A stretch of DNA of 64,000 bases. Origin: an uncultured Planctomycetia bacterium. Lineage in GTDB: Bacteria > Omnitrophota > Gorgyraeia > Tantalellales > Tantalellaceae. The first letter of the stretch is position 1. Every line of letters starts with the position of its first letter. Position numbers and translations under genes: made by a program. Location of the stretch: NCBI GenBank assembly GCA_964572255.1, contig CAZNEE010000006.1, forward strand, positions 11,775-75,774. Reading direction: 5' to 3'. Under the pieces are notes generated by a model. It saw only the letters and a list, made by a program, of their open reading frames with translations, had not been told where the DNA came from and made no database searches. Shown here piece by piece: positions 11,301 through 19,588 of this stretch.

Positions 11301-14300
11301 TGGTCGCCATGACCTCGGGATTAGCGTCATCCATTACATTCAGAAAGATATTCCACTGAAAAATATCGTTATACTTCAACCCGGCGATATAGCCATCGAG
11401 TTTCTGCTGGGACTGCTTGAGCATATTTATCTTTTCTTCGCTTGATATTCCCTCCCAGTAGTTAGGCACGGTCCAGCTCTTAAGGGCGGTAACATTAGAT
11501 TTGTAGTATAGCGGCAGATGATTTTCGTTATTTATCAAGGCTTTCATGAGCTCCAGTTTGAAAAAGCTGTTTTCGTTAGTGTTTTTAGTTTCTTTTAGCT
11601 CGTTGTAATCATCCAGCATGGAAGCTACAAAAAGTTCTGAAAGCATCTCAGAAAGCGTGAGCGTCTCTATCTTTCCTTTAGCATAAATTATATCCCCGCC
11701 TATAGTCAGCCGTATTACCGGCTTTCCGTCCACCTCTCGTTTCTCTATTTTTGACGTTTCTACTGCGGGATCCACTGTTATCCTTAAGGAAATATCAAAT
11801 ATCTGGGAAGAAAGCTTCACATTTTCAGCCACATCTTGCGGAAATTTAGCTACAACGCCGCTTATCCTCTCAGAAAGCATTTGAGCCTCCTCATCGGTCA
11901 ATCTTCCTTCGTGGGAAAGCTCGATAAAGTCATCCACAATGATCGGTTTTTCGGCTACGCGTTTTTCCTTCTCCTCCATGCTCTCACGAATTTCCGCCAG
12001 AGAAGTCTCTTCCAGGAAAAATCCCTCTTCAGGCAGATTTATTACATATACTTCCTCGTAACTATATTTAGGACTGACACTTAACTCTGTTTCCTCTGTT
12101 AATCTCCTTTTCTCCAATATGCCTTTATTGACCAACTCATCTATAAGCTTATTTACAATGGGATCATTTGAACGTATGCCTCTGTTTGCCGGGATCACGG
12201 GAATAACGTTCGCTTTCTTCGCTAATCTTGAAGCTGCTTCAATAATACTAAAAAAGGCTTTTTCCCTTTCCACCGGTATGCCCTTCTGGTAAAGATTGAT
12301 GCCCGTTAAAGCCATGACCCTGTAGCCTTTTTCTGAAGTTGGATTGTCTATTCCCTTAACGGGAGTTTTTAATATTTGTACCTGGCTTGTACCTAAAAGC
12401 TTTCCATCGCCTGTCTTTAAGGCAATAACTGAAAAATGAGGGCCTTCTTTTATCTGGTAAGCCCTGTTCCTCCACGTACATACACCTGTCATCATGAATT
12501 CCATAAGATGCAAAAGATCATCAAAAAGGCCTACATAATAAGCGTTCTCTAGCTGTGACGAAGTTACTTCAAATCCATCCAGAACGCCCCCAACCCTTCC
12601 GGAAAGTGCTTTCGCTTTTTTCTCTGCCAGGCTGATGATCGAAGGTAAAAGTAATCCTGACCTCCTTTCTGCATCAGAATAAGGCGGATTTACTCTAAGA
12701 TCCGCCAACGCTTCTTCGAAAGCTTTATCCATTACAGGGACCACCTCTTCAAGATCCATTCCCGTCTCTTTAGCGACTTTCCTGCAGAATTTGCCCTTTC
12801 CCCTCTGGAACCAATCCCTTAAAGCATCCTCATCTTCCAGGCTTGAAGAACTTATCCGGGAAAACCATTTCATGATAATAAGGTTTCTTAAAGCGCCCGT
12901 ATCGTTTTCTTTGACCGCTTTGTAAAAGTCAGAATCCGGGGTAAAGATCCTCTTTATGTCCTCAATCGGCATAAACCTTACCTTAACAAACCTTTCCACC
13001 AATTTTTCTGTGTCTTCACCGCTTAAGGAACTTATCTGCCCGATCAATATCTCCCTTATCTCCTCCTTTGTCTTATCAAGATACGAAACTTCATCTAAAT
13101 AAACAGCATTTAATACCTGGGCCCATCTGCGCAAATATTCTTCCTGTGAAGATAAGTTGTCAGGCAAAGTCCTGAAGCTGTCCGTATCACCGGCTTGCTC
13201 TATAAAAACCGAGAGAAAATATTCAAGGACATTATCTTCATCCGCTTCGCTTAAAGGTATTTCTTCTGCGAAAAACGGTTCCAATTCATCCAGTAATATC
13301 TGTTTTTCCTGAACTGCTCCGGACTCTTCAGAATATCTGGTCTGAGAGGCCCTGCCGTAATCAAACTTGTATACGCCTCTTAAAGCGGGATCTATTTCAT
13401 CAGAATAATCCGGTTTCTCTTCGAGCGCTTTTCTGACCTTTTCGTACATTTCCTGATAGTCACTTACAGTTAAGTTAAGTATTGGTATATATCTTGCGAT
13501 CAGAATTACTTCATCTAACGGAGTAAGGCCATATTTTCTCTTAAATTCCTCGCTTAACCCTTTAAATGAGCCCCACGCAGTTTTAAAAGGAGCCATCTCT
13601 TCCTGTATGTCTTTTCTTAGCGACTCGATCTTTTCGTCATCGTCTTTATGTTCCCTAAAGTATGAAAACAATGTAGCGCTGAAGACCTCTAATCCTTTAT
13701 CATAATAAAGGGCAATGTCGTTTCTAAAAGCTTCCCACTCTTCCTTGTCCCATTCTTCTATGATTCCCTCTTCTCTGTATTCTTCCAATATGCGCAAAAC
13801 TCCCTCTATCTCTACGGGAGCTCCTCTCCCTTTCTTTTGGGCTATCTCCAGGATAATATCGTATAAATAGTTAAAATTACCCGCTGATCTTAAAACCTCA
13901 ATGAGATCTGAATGCCCTCCGACAAAGCCGGATCTTTCTCCCAGCATCCTGATCACTCTCGTTAAAGCATTAGAATAAGGGAGGGCTGAGATCAGCTCTC
14001 TAACATCCTTTATTCTTAGCTTCAAGAGTTTAAGGCTGTCCAAGCACAAATTCATATTAATGCTGGTTCTTGCCAAAAGGATCATTATATCCTTGCACTC
14101 CTGCAGGAATTCATCTGTATTGTCAAATTTCATGCTGGATAGATAGAGCCTTACACTTTCCGAAAATTGGGTAAGATATCCTTTTTTCTGCAGATACTCC
14201 CGTCCCTCTTTTACTTCGGCTAAAAGCGGCTTAAGAAATCCCTGATAATAAATTATTATCGCGGGCAAAAGCTCTGCACGCGGAAGGACTCTTTCTCTCG

Positions 14301-17300
14301 AAACGTCTACTGTCATATTAATAATAGCTTCGTAGATAATATTCAAATAATCATAGTCTATTTCGTCAGGAATTTCTGATAAAAAATTCCGGATCTCGTC
14401 AATATTGTCCCCGGTGGATACCTCTGCTAAAGCTTTTAAAGCATGATAAGGAGCTTCCAGATCTCTTTGCAATAACCACTTCTCGGAAGCATATTTTGAA
14501 GCTAACGATGCCTTTATTGCCCTCTCAGTTGTTTTGCTTCCGATCACACTGAAAAGATCCTGAACCTTTTTCATATTATCTATGGTCACCATTCTTACTC
14601 TAACCATAGCTTCTAAAGCGGAATAAGCTGCTTCTGCCCCCACCCCTGCTTCCTCAAATATAGTAGAAAAAAGAAGAGACCAGATCTCTTCTATATTGTC
14701 CTTATTTACCAGGCCATTTTCTGCCATGATATCTAAAACGGAATACAATGCTAACCGCGTTTTAGGGTCTTTGGGAGTTTTTTTACCGGTTGTGACAGAG
14801 AAATCCCTGACCCAGTCGATGTTATCCTCGGTTACCACGCCACCTCTTGCTAACTTTTCCAACATAGAATAAGCGTTTACTGTGGCGTAACCTGCTCTCC
14901 GGGCAACTGTAACAAGAATATCTCTTGTCTTTTTTGGGCTGATCCCCGCTTCGGCCAAAGCTACGTAAGCAAGATAGGCAGCCCCGGCATGGATGCCTGT
15001 CCCCTTAGTTATGTCTATGAGGGCATCAAAATCAAGGCTGATGCCTTTGCCTTTAGCCCTTTCAAGCGCTAATACCAGATCTTTATAAGCAATTCTTATA
15101 GTATCTTCTTTTTTAGCTTGTTCAATAATATCTGGGTATTCTGTTTCCTCAAGCTCTCCTAGAAAACGTGCTTTTTCTATTTCCAGCTCATCCCTGCCTG
15201 TTGGCCTATCTGCCCTCTTACTGATGGCAGTAATAAAAGCTTTGATCTTTTTTATGTTTTCCTCAGTCACCCCTATCGTATTGTTTAATGCTATTAAGGC
15301 GGAACAGGCAGCGTCCGTATTTCTCTTTGCTGCTTTAACAATATCACTGATAAGTCTGGGGTCTGCCAGAAGAGGATTGCCTGTCTCCCCCAATCGTGCT
15401 AAAGCGGGATAAGCGTCACTCCAAAAACCTTTTGCATATGTTTTGCCAATACTAGGACTCGTAATTAAGTGTCTGACCTCAAGGTAAATAGAGTAAAAAA
15501 ATCCTCCAATTCTTTTAAATATATTTCCATAAAATTTTAAAGTGTCCCCCAGAATTGTTTTAATAATAACAGCAACAATCATGATAGCTATCATAGGATC
15601 GAGTACGAGTAGGCCGCCATGTGGTTGTTGGACTCCAAAAGGTACCATGGGCTGTACCATGGGCAGTTCAGGTTCAACCGGCTCTTCTAATGCTCCAAAC
15701 TCCCCAATTGGTTGTATCTCTGGAAAATTAAACGCTGCAATAAGCTCCGGCGCAATATTAATATTAGCGGGAACGATATTCTCATATCCAATGCCCAATC
15801 TTCTCCTTGCACCTAACATAAAATCTTCTCTTATTCTTATGCCCGCCTTTTGTCTTTCTACCAGTCCGGATATATTACCACTGCGATGGCTGGCTTCCAG
15901 CGGCCTATCCTCTCTTCTGCCTATTTTTGCAACATCTTGAACTATTTCCTCTTCATCTGTTGATCTCATGGTAAGAAGAGCTCTGAGGCGATCAATGTTA
16001 TCCTTTGTTATCTTTCCCGCTTTTGCCAGGTCTCTTAATGCAGTGAAGGCAGCTCCGGTATAAGCATCCGTATTATCAGCTATAACGATAAAAACATTCT
16101 TGATGTGAGTGATGTTGTCCTGTGTTATCGCCCCTGCTTCAGCCAAGGCTGTTAACGCCTCATAGGCAATTCCCTGAAATGCAGGAGTTATTCTCCCCGG
16201 TATAACAGCATTGACAGTATTAATTAGGGCTTTTACCTGCGGGATGTTAGCTTCTGTTATTACTCCCTTGTCAGCCAAAGCAAACAAGAAAGAAGAGATC
16301 CATATACGTTCTCTTAGCCTGTCCGTGACATTAATAATACCGTCAACCAAAGGCTCTAATCGATCTTCCTTACTTATAATGGGTTCTTTTCTGGGTTCCC
16401 CTATCGTGTATACGAAATCTCGTCTCTGAGACTCTAAAGCATCGGCAAAGCTTTTATATTTTTCTTTTTCTTGTTCTAAAGTTGCCTTATATACTTCATT
16501 TTTTTGTAATTCCTCAATAAGTGTGAATATTCTTTCAAGGATAAATGGATAGTTAGCATCTGCTACAACCATTTCATCAATTAAGCCTTCCATCCTGGAA
16601 GATCCAGAAAAGGCATACTTCAAGGTTATTCCGGATTGCGGAACTTCAGTAAAACCTAAGTCCCTTAAGATGCTTGCTGCTAAAAAGGAGCTTCTTCCGG
16701 GGATAACACGAGGAGGCCCCCGCACTAGGCGAATAAGTCCTCTAAAAGAGTCTCTTACCACATAATAAAGTGCGGAACCAAGAATGATAAAAGGCGCGAA
16801 AACATACTCAACAGAGTAAGCAAGAACTTCTTCCAGGACTCTTCCTCCCGGTCTTGCTCCCAAAATCGAATAAGTGCCCGTAATGCCTGTGTATCTCCTC
16901 AAGAAAATTCTATGCACAAGTTCATGTAAAAATACTACAGGTCCCATATTACGCCCGAACTTATCGATCGCATCTGCAAGCGTATCCTCAGGCGTCAGGA
17001 TCCTTGTTTCTTCATCGCCAGATTGCTCGCGCATCCTCCTATGTACTATAAGTGTCCGTAACATAGATGGTATTGCCCAGATGTATAAGAGATTTAAGAA
17101 AAAAGGTGATGCTAACGGAACTAGCAGGTTAGCACCGGCAACTATCATCCCTAATAATGCCAACAAGGTTATTCCACGCGCCAAAGGTTCAAATACTGCT
17201 TCAACTTCCATTCCTCGATATGGTTTAAATACCAAAAACACAAAGAAAAGTATAACTGCTTGAGCTATTGTTAAAGCTACTCCTGTAAAAAAAGTTAACG

Positions 17301-19329
17301 CGAGACCCATCAAGACAGGTATGCCCGCGATAAGCATAGCTCTAAGGCTTTCACCAAACCGAATAGCCGGACCTTCTTCAGACACTTCTTCAACCTTAGC
17401 AATAGCAGGAGCTTCCTCTGCCGGAGGAGCTGCTTCCGGTAAAGGCAATCCCGGCGCTATCTGCGTAACATTTGCTAAAGCAAATGTTCCTAAATCTTCT
17501 GGGGTTAATTTTTCTATATCTTCAGTTTGAATCCTTCTTCCTTCTGAATCTAAAATGCCCAGAGTCTCATCCCCAAGCTTCACGAGAAGTCCTTTTTGGC
17601 CTGATTCAACTGCAGCTTTCCACTTAACATGGAGATCAAAGATGGCCTTCTTTTTTGCGCCATCTGGAATATCTTCCCCCAATTCATTCAGCATACTTGC
17701 AATGGCCAACTGAAATCCCAGAACTTCAGCGAACCGTGCCTCTATCTGAACAGGTTTTCCGGCTAAAAGATCAAAATAAGGACATTCATATCCTTCTTCT
17801 ATTCTGAACTTTGGTATGATTGAGATGTGCGATATGCCCTCTTCTCTTAAAAGGCTGCATAAGTTTCCCGTATGGAATCCGCCGCTCATAAGAACTGCGA
17901 TCTGCATCTTGTGGTCCTTAGCTTGCGACCACTTAAGATTTTTCATAAAAACTTCATCTCTCATGAAAGAATATTCATAGAATTTTGAAATGTCTTCACG
18001 GTAGTCATCTAGTCTTTCTATGCCAGAGCTTGGCCTCGCCGCTATCCTGTACTTAGGAGCTTCTCTATCGATAAAACGCATATAGTTATCCATCTCAAAA
18101 GAAGCATCGTTTTTGAGGTAATACTCATAATCGGATTTGGTAAGTGAAATTGAAAAGATATTTTTCGCCAGCGCCAAGTTGCGTGAGAGAACATCAAGTT
18201 CCCTTTGCGTATCATTACGGAAGAGTTTCTCTCTTATTGCTTTTTCGATATTATCGATCTCTTCTGAAACTTTATCTTGATCAACCGATTCATAAGTGGA
18301 CACATATTCAAGATAATTTACTAGAGCTGAGAAGCGATTAACATCTAACCCTAATTCACGGGCATCCTTTAAGAGGTGCTCATAAAACTCTCTTCTTGAA
18401 CACATCCCAGTCTTAAAATCTATTGTCTTTTTGACGAGCCTGTTTATCTCAGACTTAGATAGGCCCTTTCTAAGTTCATCTATAAGCTGGCCCTTTTCAA
18501 TATCGGCTTTCTTAAAATCTACCTTATCTTCGATTTCTACTGTCCTGCATAATAGATGCAGGTTAGGAAACTCCTCTACCAGTATCTTTCTCTTCTCAGC
18601 CTGGTGAGTTAAAAACTCAAGATATTCCTTAAACTCGATATTCTCTTTCTTGTATGCGCTGTAAGCCGTGTCCACCCTAAGAAGCTCTTTTGTAAATATA
18701 TGTCTTTTAAGATTGTTCAGAATATGGGTGAGTTCCTTAAGATACTTATCGACTTCTTCTTTGTAAGAAAGAGAATCCTGATAAACTTTGAGATTTTTTA
18801 AGTAAAGTTCCCTATCCTCCACGCCCCAGATAGTAACCTTATCGGGATTGTTTACCGCAAAAAATTCTGCTCCGTTCAACTGCCCGTTTTTAACAAAGTA
18901 GCTTGATGTTTCTTTGCGCACACCTTCATCCAAAATAGAAGTAAAAACTTCAAGATCATAACTTCCCACGCCTCCCTCGAGGTTTACCATTTCTATTCCA
19001 TATTCTTCATTCAGGTAACCGATGATTTCGGCTATCTTTTGCTGAGCAAAACAATTGGCATGTGCGTCCTGTATGTGTATTATGAATTTATCGGAAGTGC
19101 CCCTGTAGGAACCTTTTATTTTTCCCAGATGTGCCGGCAGATTGAATGTCTCAACATCAAGAACTGCGTATCTCTTCGCCTCAGGGAAAGAAACATCCCG
19201 AGCATCAAGAACCGCCCATGCGTCATTGAACACATATGTGCACATAAAAACTACAGTCACTGCCAGACTGATAGCTTTTACTAAGATCCTGTGCCCCTTT
19301 ATCCACGTATTCATTTCACTTCCCACCAC
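5305..19329 (-). CDS. Giant multi-domain membrane protein, paralog B (4674 aa). It has a signal peptide, the conserved N-module, TM helices with an HExxH, HEAT-like repeats, a CPBP intramembrane protease domain, a GH-A glycosidase domain, a second HExxH and a minimal nucleotidyltransferase domain.
   Basis: A single uninterrupted 14,025 nt ORF. The N-terminus MVGSEMNTWIKGHRILVKAISLAVTVVFMCTYVFNDAWA looks like a signal peptide. The N-module motifs IIHIQDAHANCFAQQKIAEII, NLEGGVGSYDL, LMSGGFHTGNLC and PKFRIEEGYECPYFDLLAG are shared with the other two paralogs. Confidence 0.85.
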   Translation of the reverse strand: MVGSEMNTWIKGHRILVKAISLAVTVVFMCTYVFNDAWAVLDARDVSFPEAKRYAVLDVETFNLPAHLGKIKGSYRGTSDKFIIHIQDAHANCFAQQKIAEIIGYLNEEYGIEMVNLEGGVGSYDLEVFTSILDEGVRKETSSYFVKNGQLNGAEFFAVNNPDKVTIWGVEDRELYLKNLKVYQDSLSYKEEVDKYLKELTHILNNLKRHIFTKELLRVDTAYSAYKKENIEFKEYLEFLTHQAEKRKILVEEFPNLHLLCRTVEIEDKVDFKKADIEKGQLIDELRKGLSKSEINRLVKKTIDFKTGMCSRREFYEHLLKDARELGLDVNRFSALVNYLEYVSTYESVDQDKVSEEIDNIEKAIREKLFRNDTQRELDVLSRNLALAKNIFSISLTKSDYEYYLKNDASFEMDNYMRFIDREAPKYRIAARPSSGIERLDDYREDISKFYEYSFMRDEVFMKNLKWSQAKDHKMQIAVLMSGGFHTGNLCSLLREEGISHISIIPKFRIEEGYECPYFDLLAGKPVQIEARFAEVLGFQLAIASMLNELGEDIPDGAKKKAIFDLHVKWKAAVESGQKGLLVKLGDETLGILDSEGRRIQTEDIEKLTPEDLGTFALANVTQIAPGLPLPEAAPPAEEAPAIAKVEEVSEEGPAIRFGESLRAMLIAGIPVLMGLALTFFTGVALTIAQAVILFFVFLVFKPYRGMEVEAVFEPLARGITLLALLGMIVAGANLLVPLASPFFLNLLYIWAIPSMLRTLIVHRRMREQSGDEETRILTPEDTLADAIDKFGRNMGPVVFLHELVHRIFLRRYTGITGTYSILGARPGGRVLEEVLAYSVEYVFAPFIILGSALYYVVRDSFRGLIRLVRGPPRVIPGRSSFLAASILRDLGFTEVPQSGITLKYAFSGSSRMEGLIDEMVVADANYPFILERIFTLIEELQKNEVYKATLEQEKEKYKSFADALESQRRDFVYTIGEPRKEPIISKEDRLEPLVDGIINVTDRLRERIWISSFLFALADKGVITEANIPQVKALINTVNAVIPGRITPAFQGIAYEALTALAEAGAITQDNITHIKNVFIVIADNTDAYTGAAFTALRDLAKAGKITKDNIDRLRALLTMRSTDEEEIVQDVAKIGRREDRPLEASHRSGNISGLVERQKAGIRIREDFMLGARRRLGIGYENIVPANINIAPELIAAFNFPEIQPIGEFGALEEPVEPELPMVQPMVPFGVQQPHGGLLVLDPMIAIMIVAVIIKTILGDTLKFYGNIFKRIGGFFYSIYLEVRHLITSPSIGKTYAKGFWSDAYPALARLGETGNPLLADPRLISDIVKAAKRNTDAACSALIALNNTIGVTEENIKKIKAFITAISKRADRPTGRDELEIEKARFLGELEETEYPDIIEQAKKEDTIRIAYKDLVLALERAKGKGISLDFDALIDITKGTGIHAGAAYLAYVALAEAGISPKKTRDILVTVARRAGYATVNAYSMLEKLARGGVVTEDNIDWVRDFSVTTGKKTPKDPKTRLALYSVLDIMAENGLVNKDNIEEIWSLLFSTIFEEAGVGAEAAYSALEAMVRVRMVTIDNMKKVQDLFSVIGSKTTERAIKASLASKYASEKWLLQRDLEAPYHALKALAEVSTGDNIDEIRNFLSEIPDEIDYDYLNIIYEAIINMTVDVSRERVLPRAELLPAIIIYYQGFLKPLLAEVKEGREYLQKKGYLTQFSESVRLYLSSMKFDNTDEFLQECKDIMILLARTSINMNLCLDSLKLLKLRIKDVRELISALPYSNALTRVIRMLGERSGFVGGHSDLIEVLRSAGNFNYLYDIILEIAQKKGRGAPVEIEGVLRILEEYREEGIIEEWDKEEWEAFRNDIALYYDKGLEVFSATLFSYFREHKDDDEKIESLRKDIQEEMAPFKTAWGSFKGLSEEFKRKYGLTPLDEVILIARYIPILNLTVSDYQEMYEKVRKALEEKPDYSDEIDPALRGVYKFDYGRASQTRYSEESGAVQEKQILLDELEPFFAEEIPLSEADEDNVLEYFLSVFIEQAGDTDSFRTLPDNLSSQEEYLRRWAQVLNAVYLDEVSYLDKTKEEIREILIGQISSLSGEDTEKLVERFVKVRFMPIEDIKRIFTPDSDFYKAVKENDTGALRNLIIMKWFSRISSSSLEDEDALRDWFQRGKGKFCRKVAKETGMDLEEVVPVMDKAFEEALADLRVNPPYSDAERRSGLLLPSIISLAEKKAKALSGRVGGVLDGFEVTSSQLENAYYVGLFDDLLHLMEFMMTGVCTWRNRAYQIKEGPHFSVIALKTGDGKLLGTSQVQILKTPVKGIDNPTSEKGYRVMALTGINLYQKGIPVEREKAFFSIIEAASRLAKKANVIPVIPANRGIRSNDPIVNKLIDELVNKGILEKRRLTEETELSVSPKYSYEEVYVINLPEEGFFLEETSLAEIRESMEEKEKRVAEKPIIVDDFIELSHEGRLTDEEAQMLSERISGVVAKFPQDVAENVKLSSQIFDISLRITVDPAVETSKIEKREVDGKPVIRLTIGGDIIYAKGKIETLTLSEMLSELFVASMLDDYNELKETKNTNENSFFKLELMKALINNENHLPLYYKSNVTALKSWTVPNYWEGISSEEKINMLKQSQQKLDGYIAGLKYNDIFQWNIFLNVMDDANPEVMATNYIHLLLSDPFMTQEEISKIIYLIQDLSVSDKVSLASLRNALKEFYFDGRVKIEAKRKEYEAAEKDFTDKFADFDNTDRFLRIKNTLLTTEDRDEFYKTFGELLKMILPLSTAAVNKEIRLLFDKDIFLLSEDARGEAIKAAIRDMLMRRLGRRAFSALAEHLTAKRGDKNIPYISMLEGELPEGGDADEYDFLREEEEDWVKKLFLMSSEKKPPTEPEEPFGFATTEWLEKWLDKRMPWMPQWVRRLVIAPLVEEPLYRGLPLLFASLIGSLVMGSFMGPSLVILIALFLQIPAAVLFVSHHKGIKAAPFVVSLINFVILMSVTSNPWAFMALAILSHSVINLGSKVTAAVSTFIFLLFVPISEVSAVDFIEEIISPDFVVRTYDNGDVATYNVVGEDSYINTLHEADGTRTVYDYDASWSLEETIVYTTDGGIVSIYPDETTKEWTPGQEFIRGVNLAWVRYGYDFGQGANGETYEGLATKKNQLYQKLEPWKGCTVRVFIFCDLRSGIIFDVDGTPLDINSQVYDDMDTLLEAAHALGINILPVLFDKTLADGVVSQYEGEHQDLITDPVKRSALFDLMGQFVSRYAEKIEIWDFMNEPSDVAKKTSITDGEVDTFVSEGIEMVHANDPGSTVTVGLNGADNVDRYTGVDSEQLHVYPGMSPPQYPDDAIPTGSSYFHGELDPGYFSDPTFANVIGIVYENGSSGALIWQDASYYITAEQIDFIRHWKETEVWTAPEERKVSSGCAVANWGSSAGTPILVPWFVAVMVIMIGRGQLRRRRYNATHMTPEGIVRGTAQGTSETLTSKGIVKRPVTVVKPETLAGGMIPEDLGRRAREEEAQWSIDYLKLTGMYYQVEIIREAISGDPGKLAEFNRLLELEGIYPTEELFKGIPKPGEKLFALDVLKQEDSIESLNIQIGENVTLDELFNLIINYSHVSEALSPEVAKFVRNMLDGRKSILKIRRVMEEAMNGQYKDKDDIETRIDEMVIGKEKFDTEEEIIVYTLEKQKDKFEAHKLIALISTLRLQVFPDDAQVITVETGEKTTLGELRQIGVLVPKYTASGTESVNSINVVTKDARGQAKVLEVSFVDTRIQEKPPAEMPPLANFWLFTDGELHVSEDEIFGDEGRIEALAWQIETERIIPNFYSLPVEINGVKVQIYIHKKVFERIQAQNMTLQGFIDRCIEIRGPKYQEKLKETLSKKKYLIVDALRQSPALYGNCKDDGYFGYMYMNIDADAPIEMDLIGFSHELMHEAGIYKELYDEMPAEEAKRKEEALLAEQDMQIMLDRGLNPVEIIEKLMPNIRTTLFMQKAFEGIVGSALGASVLSAIAETPQFDKILRGVIRDEIAKRMRLAEAKEDETTIVTREEVEETTVVTREEVKEEPVASDEELLRQIQIDLSYELYEFRPTRVASPEDEKVYDINTDRDEILKMMEEFNWYFRSYSADDKKAFEERTFGSFTEDIVERIKDFAVAQAKEAGLEIEKDDILAVITYGSYCWAEAVEPSDMDLAVVLKGSVPQSKRHFLGIPIKNPEEWFKGRRVEKSDMRLIGIEDLLKDPSQKDNDTLDFETAVQGHGVLLYGMNILRSPPLAHNLLVKLRQLIANAIMYSRGTVIGKKVYEDGTEVFAGLEPKDHLRKVERRVDEVERIFREAFSERHLGRIDREKAVRDITMAADTVDEIKSKIYELLEEREREGMSVSHEDVKALHVELEPLFDRLLRLSDSDDVQGGLVALEFDRRKELAAVPEAEETIVIALEEPAEEKKEIVDERIGTGRNALTDLRQNKMDIIILPGSDIYVAYQEDINRKSARKFRKDFGQETLPYGYDFKNLEPSLARLIKERILPAFYKSEDKDPRILFELPEGVDLRNIFERADLLEDYEKIKDLITVVTVENIPENGMIDNVMHIILSKGLLNYERFEKGVFGEGTRQGSEELKHLVDFLETLVEPGSIDFAKYAGNPRELINSILTGSIALRIRAIDFTDIEDWKDAREAVLISL
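6700..6830 (-). other. Minimal nucleotidyltransferase (pol-beta-like NTase / MNT) motif near the C-terminus of paralog B.
   Basis: Translation shows DILAVITYGSYCWAEAVEPSDMDLAVVLKGS. This matches the hG[GS]-x9-13-D-h-D-h NTase signature, with GS followed by SDMDL. Confidence 0.5.
7158..7223 (-). repeat. Perfect-to-near-perfect 33 nt tandem direct repeat inside paralog B, encoding EETT(I/V)VTREEV twice.
   Basis: cttcttcgcgggttacgacagttgtttcctcaa is followed immediately by cttcttcgcgggttacaatagttgtttcatctt. Confidence 0.7.
7541..7555 (-). other. Second HExxH motif (IGFSHELMHEAG) in a soluble part of paralog B. It could be an ImmA/IrrE-like or other zincin.
   Basis: Translation shows MNIDADAPIEMDLIGFSHELMHEAGIYKE. 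Confidence 0.4.
9000..9950 (-). other. Clan GH-A (TIM-barrel, GH5/mannanase-like) glycoside hydrolase domain inside paralog B.
   Basis: Translation shows GVNLAWVRYGYDFG, HALGINILPVLFD, IEIWDFMNEP (the NEP acid/base motif) and VIGIVYENGSSG (a candidate nucleophile Glu). A TM segment ILVPWFVAVMVIMIGRGQLRRRRY follows at ~8940-9010. Confidence 0.55.
10200..10580 (-). other. CPBP (CAAX-protease/bacteriocin-processing, Abi-like) intramembrane metalloprotease domain inside paralog B.
   Basis: Manual translation shows all three CPBP motifs embedded in hydrophobic helices. Motif 1 is EExxxR (RRLVIAPLVEEPLYRGLPLL). Motif 2 is FxxxH (AAVLFVSHHKG). Motif 3 is HxxxN (LAILSHSVINLG). Confidence 0.6.
14470..16290 (-). 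repeat. HEAT-like helical repeats (~35 aa units) in paralog B, with consensus A[YF]xAL..LA.AG.IT.DNI..I..
   Basis: Recurring units include AYEALTALAEAGAITQDNITHIKNVF, AFTALRDLAKAGKITKDNIDRLRALL and AYLAYVALAEAGISPKKTRDILVTV. Others are AYSMLEKLARGGVVTEDNIDWVRDF, LYSVLDIMAENGLVNKDNIEEIWSLL and AYSALEAMVRVRMVTIDNMKKVQDLF. Confidence 0.6.
16912..16926 (-). other. HExxH zinc-metallopeptidase motif (VVFLHELVHRIF) immediately after a cluster of 3-4 TM helices in paralog B.
   Basis: Manual translation of the minus strand gives MGPVVFLHELVHRIFLRRY. The preceding ~100 aa are hydrophobic (AMLIAGIPVLMGLALTFFTGVALTIAQAVILFFVFLVF...LLALLGMIVAGANLLVPL...). Confidence 0.45.
17650..19329 (-). other. Conserved N-terminal module (~560-600 aa) of paralog B. 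It is shared by all three paralogs and I do not recognise the family.
   Basis: The three N-termini align by eye. Shared elements are the ETF-LP-HLG, IHIQDAHAN, NLEGGVG-YDL, NGAEFFA-NNP, LKVY-DSL-YK-EVDKYLKEL and NLKRHI blocks. Further shared elements are IEF-EYLEFL, DFKT, YVST-E-VD, FI-EAPK-RI-ARPS, SFMRDEVF-KN-K, GGFHT-NLC and PKF-EGYE-PYF-LLAG. Confidence 0.7.
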
Positions 19330-19486
19330 GAAATTAACCTTTATAAATTACTTTAATAAATGCGCAAAAAAAATTTACATTTTCGATGCTAATATATATT
19401 TACATAGCCCGCAAAAATATAGATATACTTCTACCTTCAAGTTAAAGGAAAAGTATAAGTTTAATGTAACTTTACTCTCATTTACA

Positions 19487-19540
19487 AGTATACATTGCAT
19501 ACATGGGGGTGACCAAAAAAATAAGCTAGATTTTGTGTGC
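19487..19540 (-). promoter_or_regulatory. Putative promoter of paralog B. Box B (19515..19540) abuts a -35 TTGGTC (19516..19511), an 18 nt spacer and a -10 TATACT (19492..19487).
   Basis: The gene-sense sequence is GCACACAAAATCTAGCTTATTTT-TTTGGTC-N18-TATACT. Box A (TTTTTTTTGCGC) sits at ~19355-19375. Confidence 0.5.
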
Positions 19541-19549
19541 TTTAACAGT

Positions 19550-19588
19550 CCGCCCCGAACCAGGGGAGAATCCCCCGATCCGGGGCGG
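19550..19588. promoter_or_regulatory. GC-rich nested stem-loop immediately upstream (gene-sense) of box B of paralog B. It is not followed by a T-tract on either strand.
   Basis: The outer stem is CCGCCCCG...CGGGGCGG, enclosing an inner hairpin AGGGGAGAATCCCC. Its GC richness contrasts with the AT-rich spacer around it. Confidence 0.4.

Noticed and set aside
17650-19329. Possible assignment of the shared N-module to the TIKI/TraB/ChaN/erythromycin-esterase superfamily, based on its two His-containing motifs.
   Set aside because: The diagnostic GxxH motifs of that superfamily are absent (IHIQDAHAN has no Gly). No other motif agrees, and I could not support any family call by eye.
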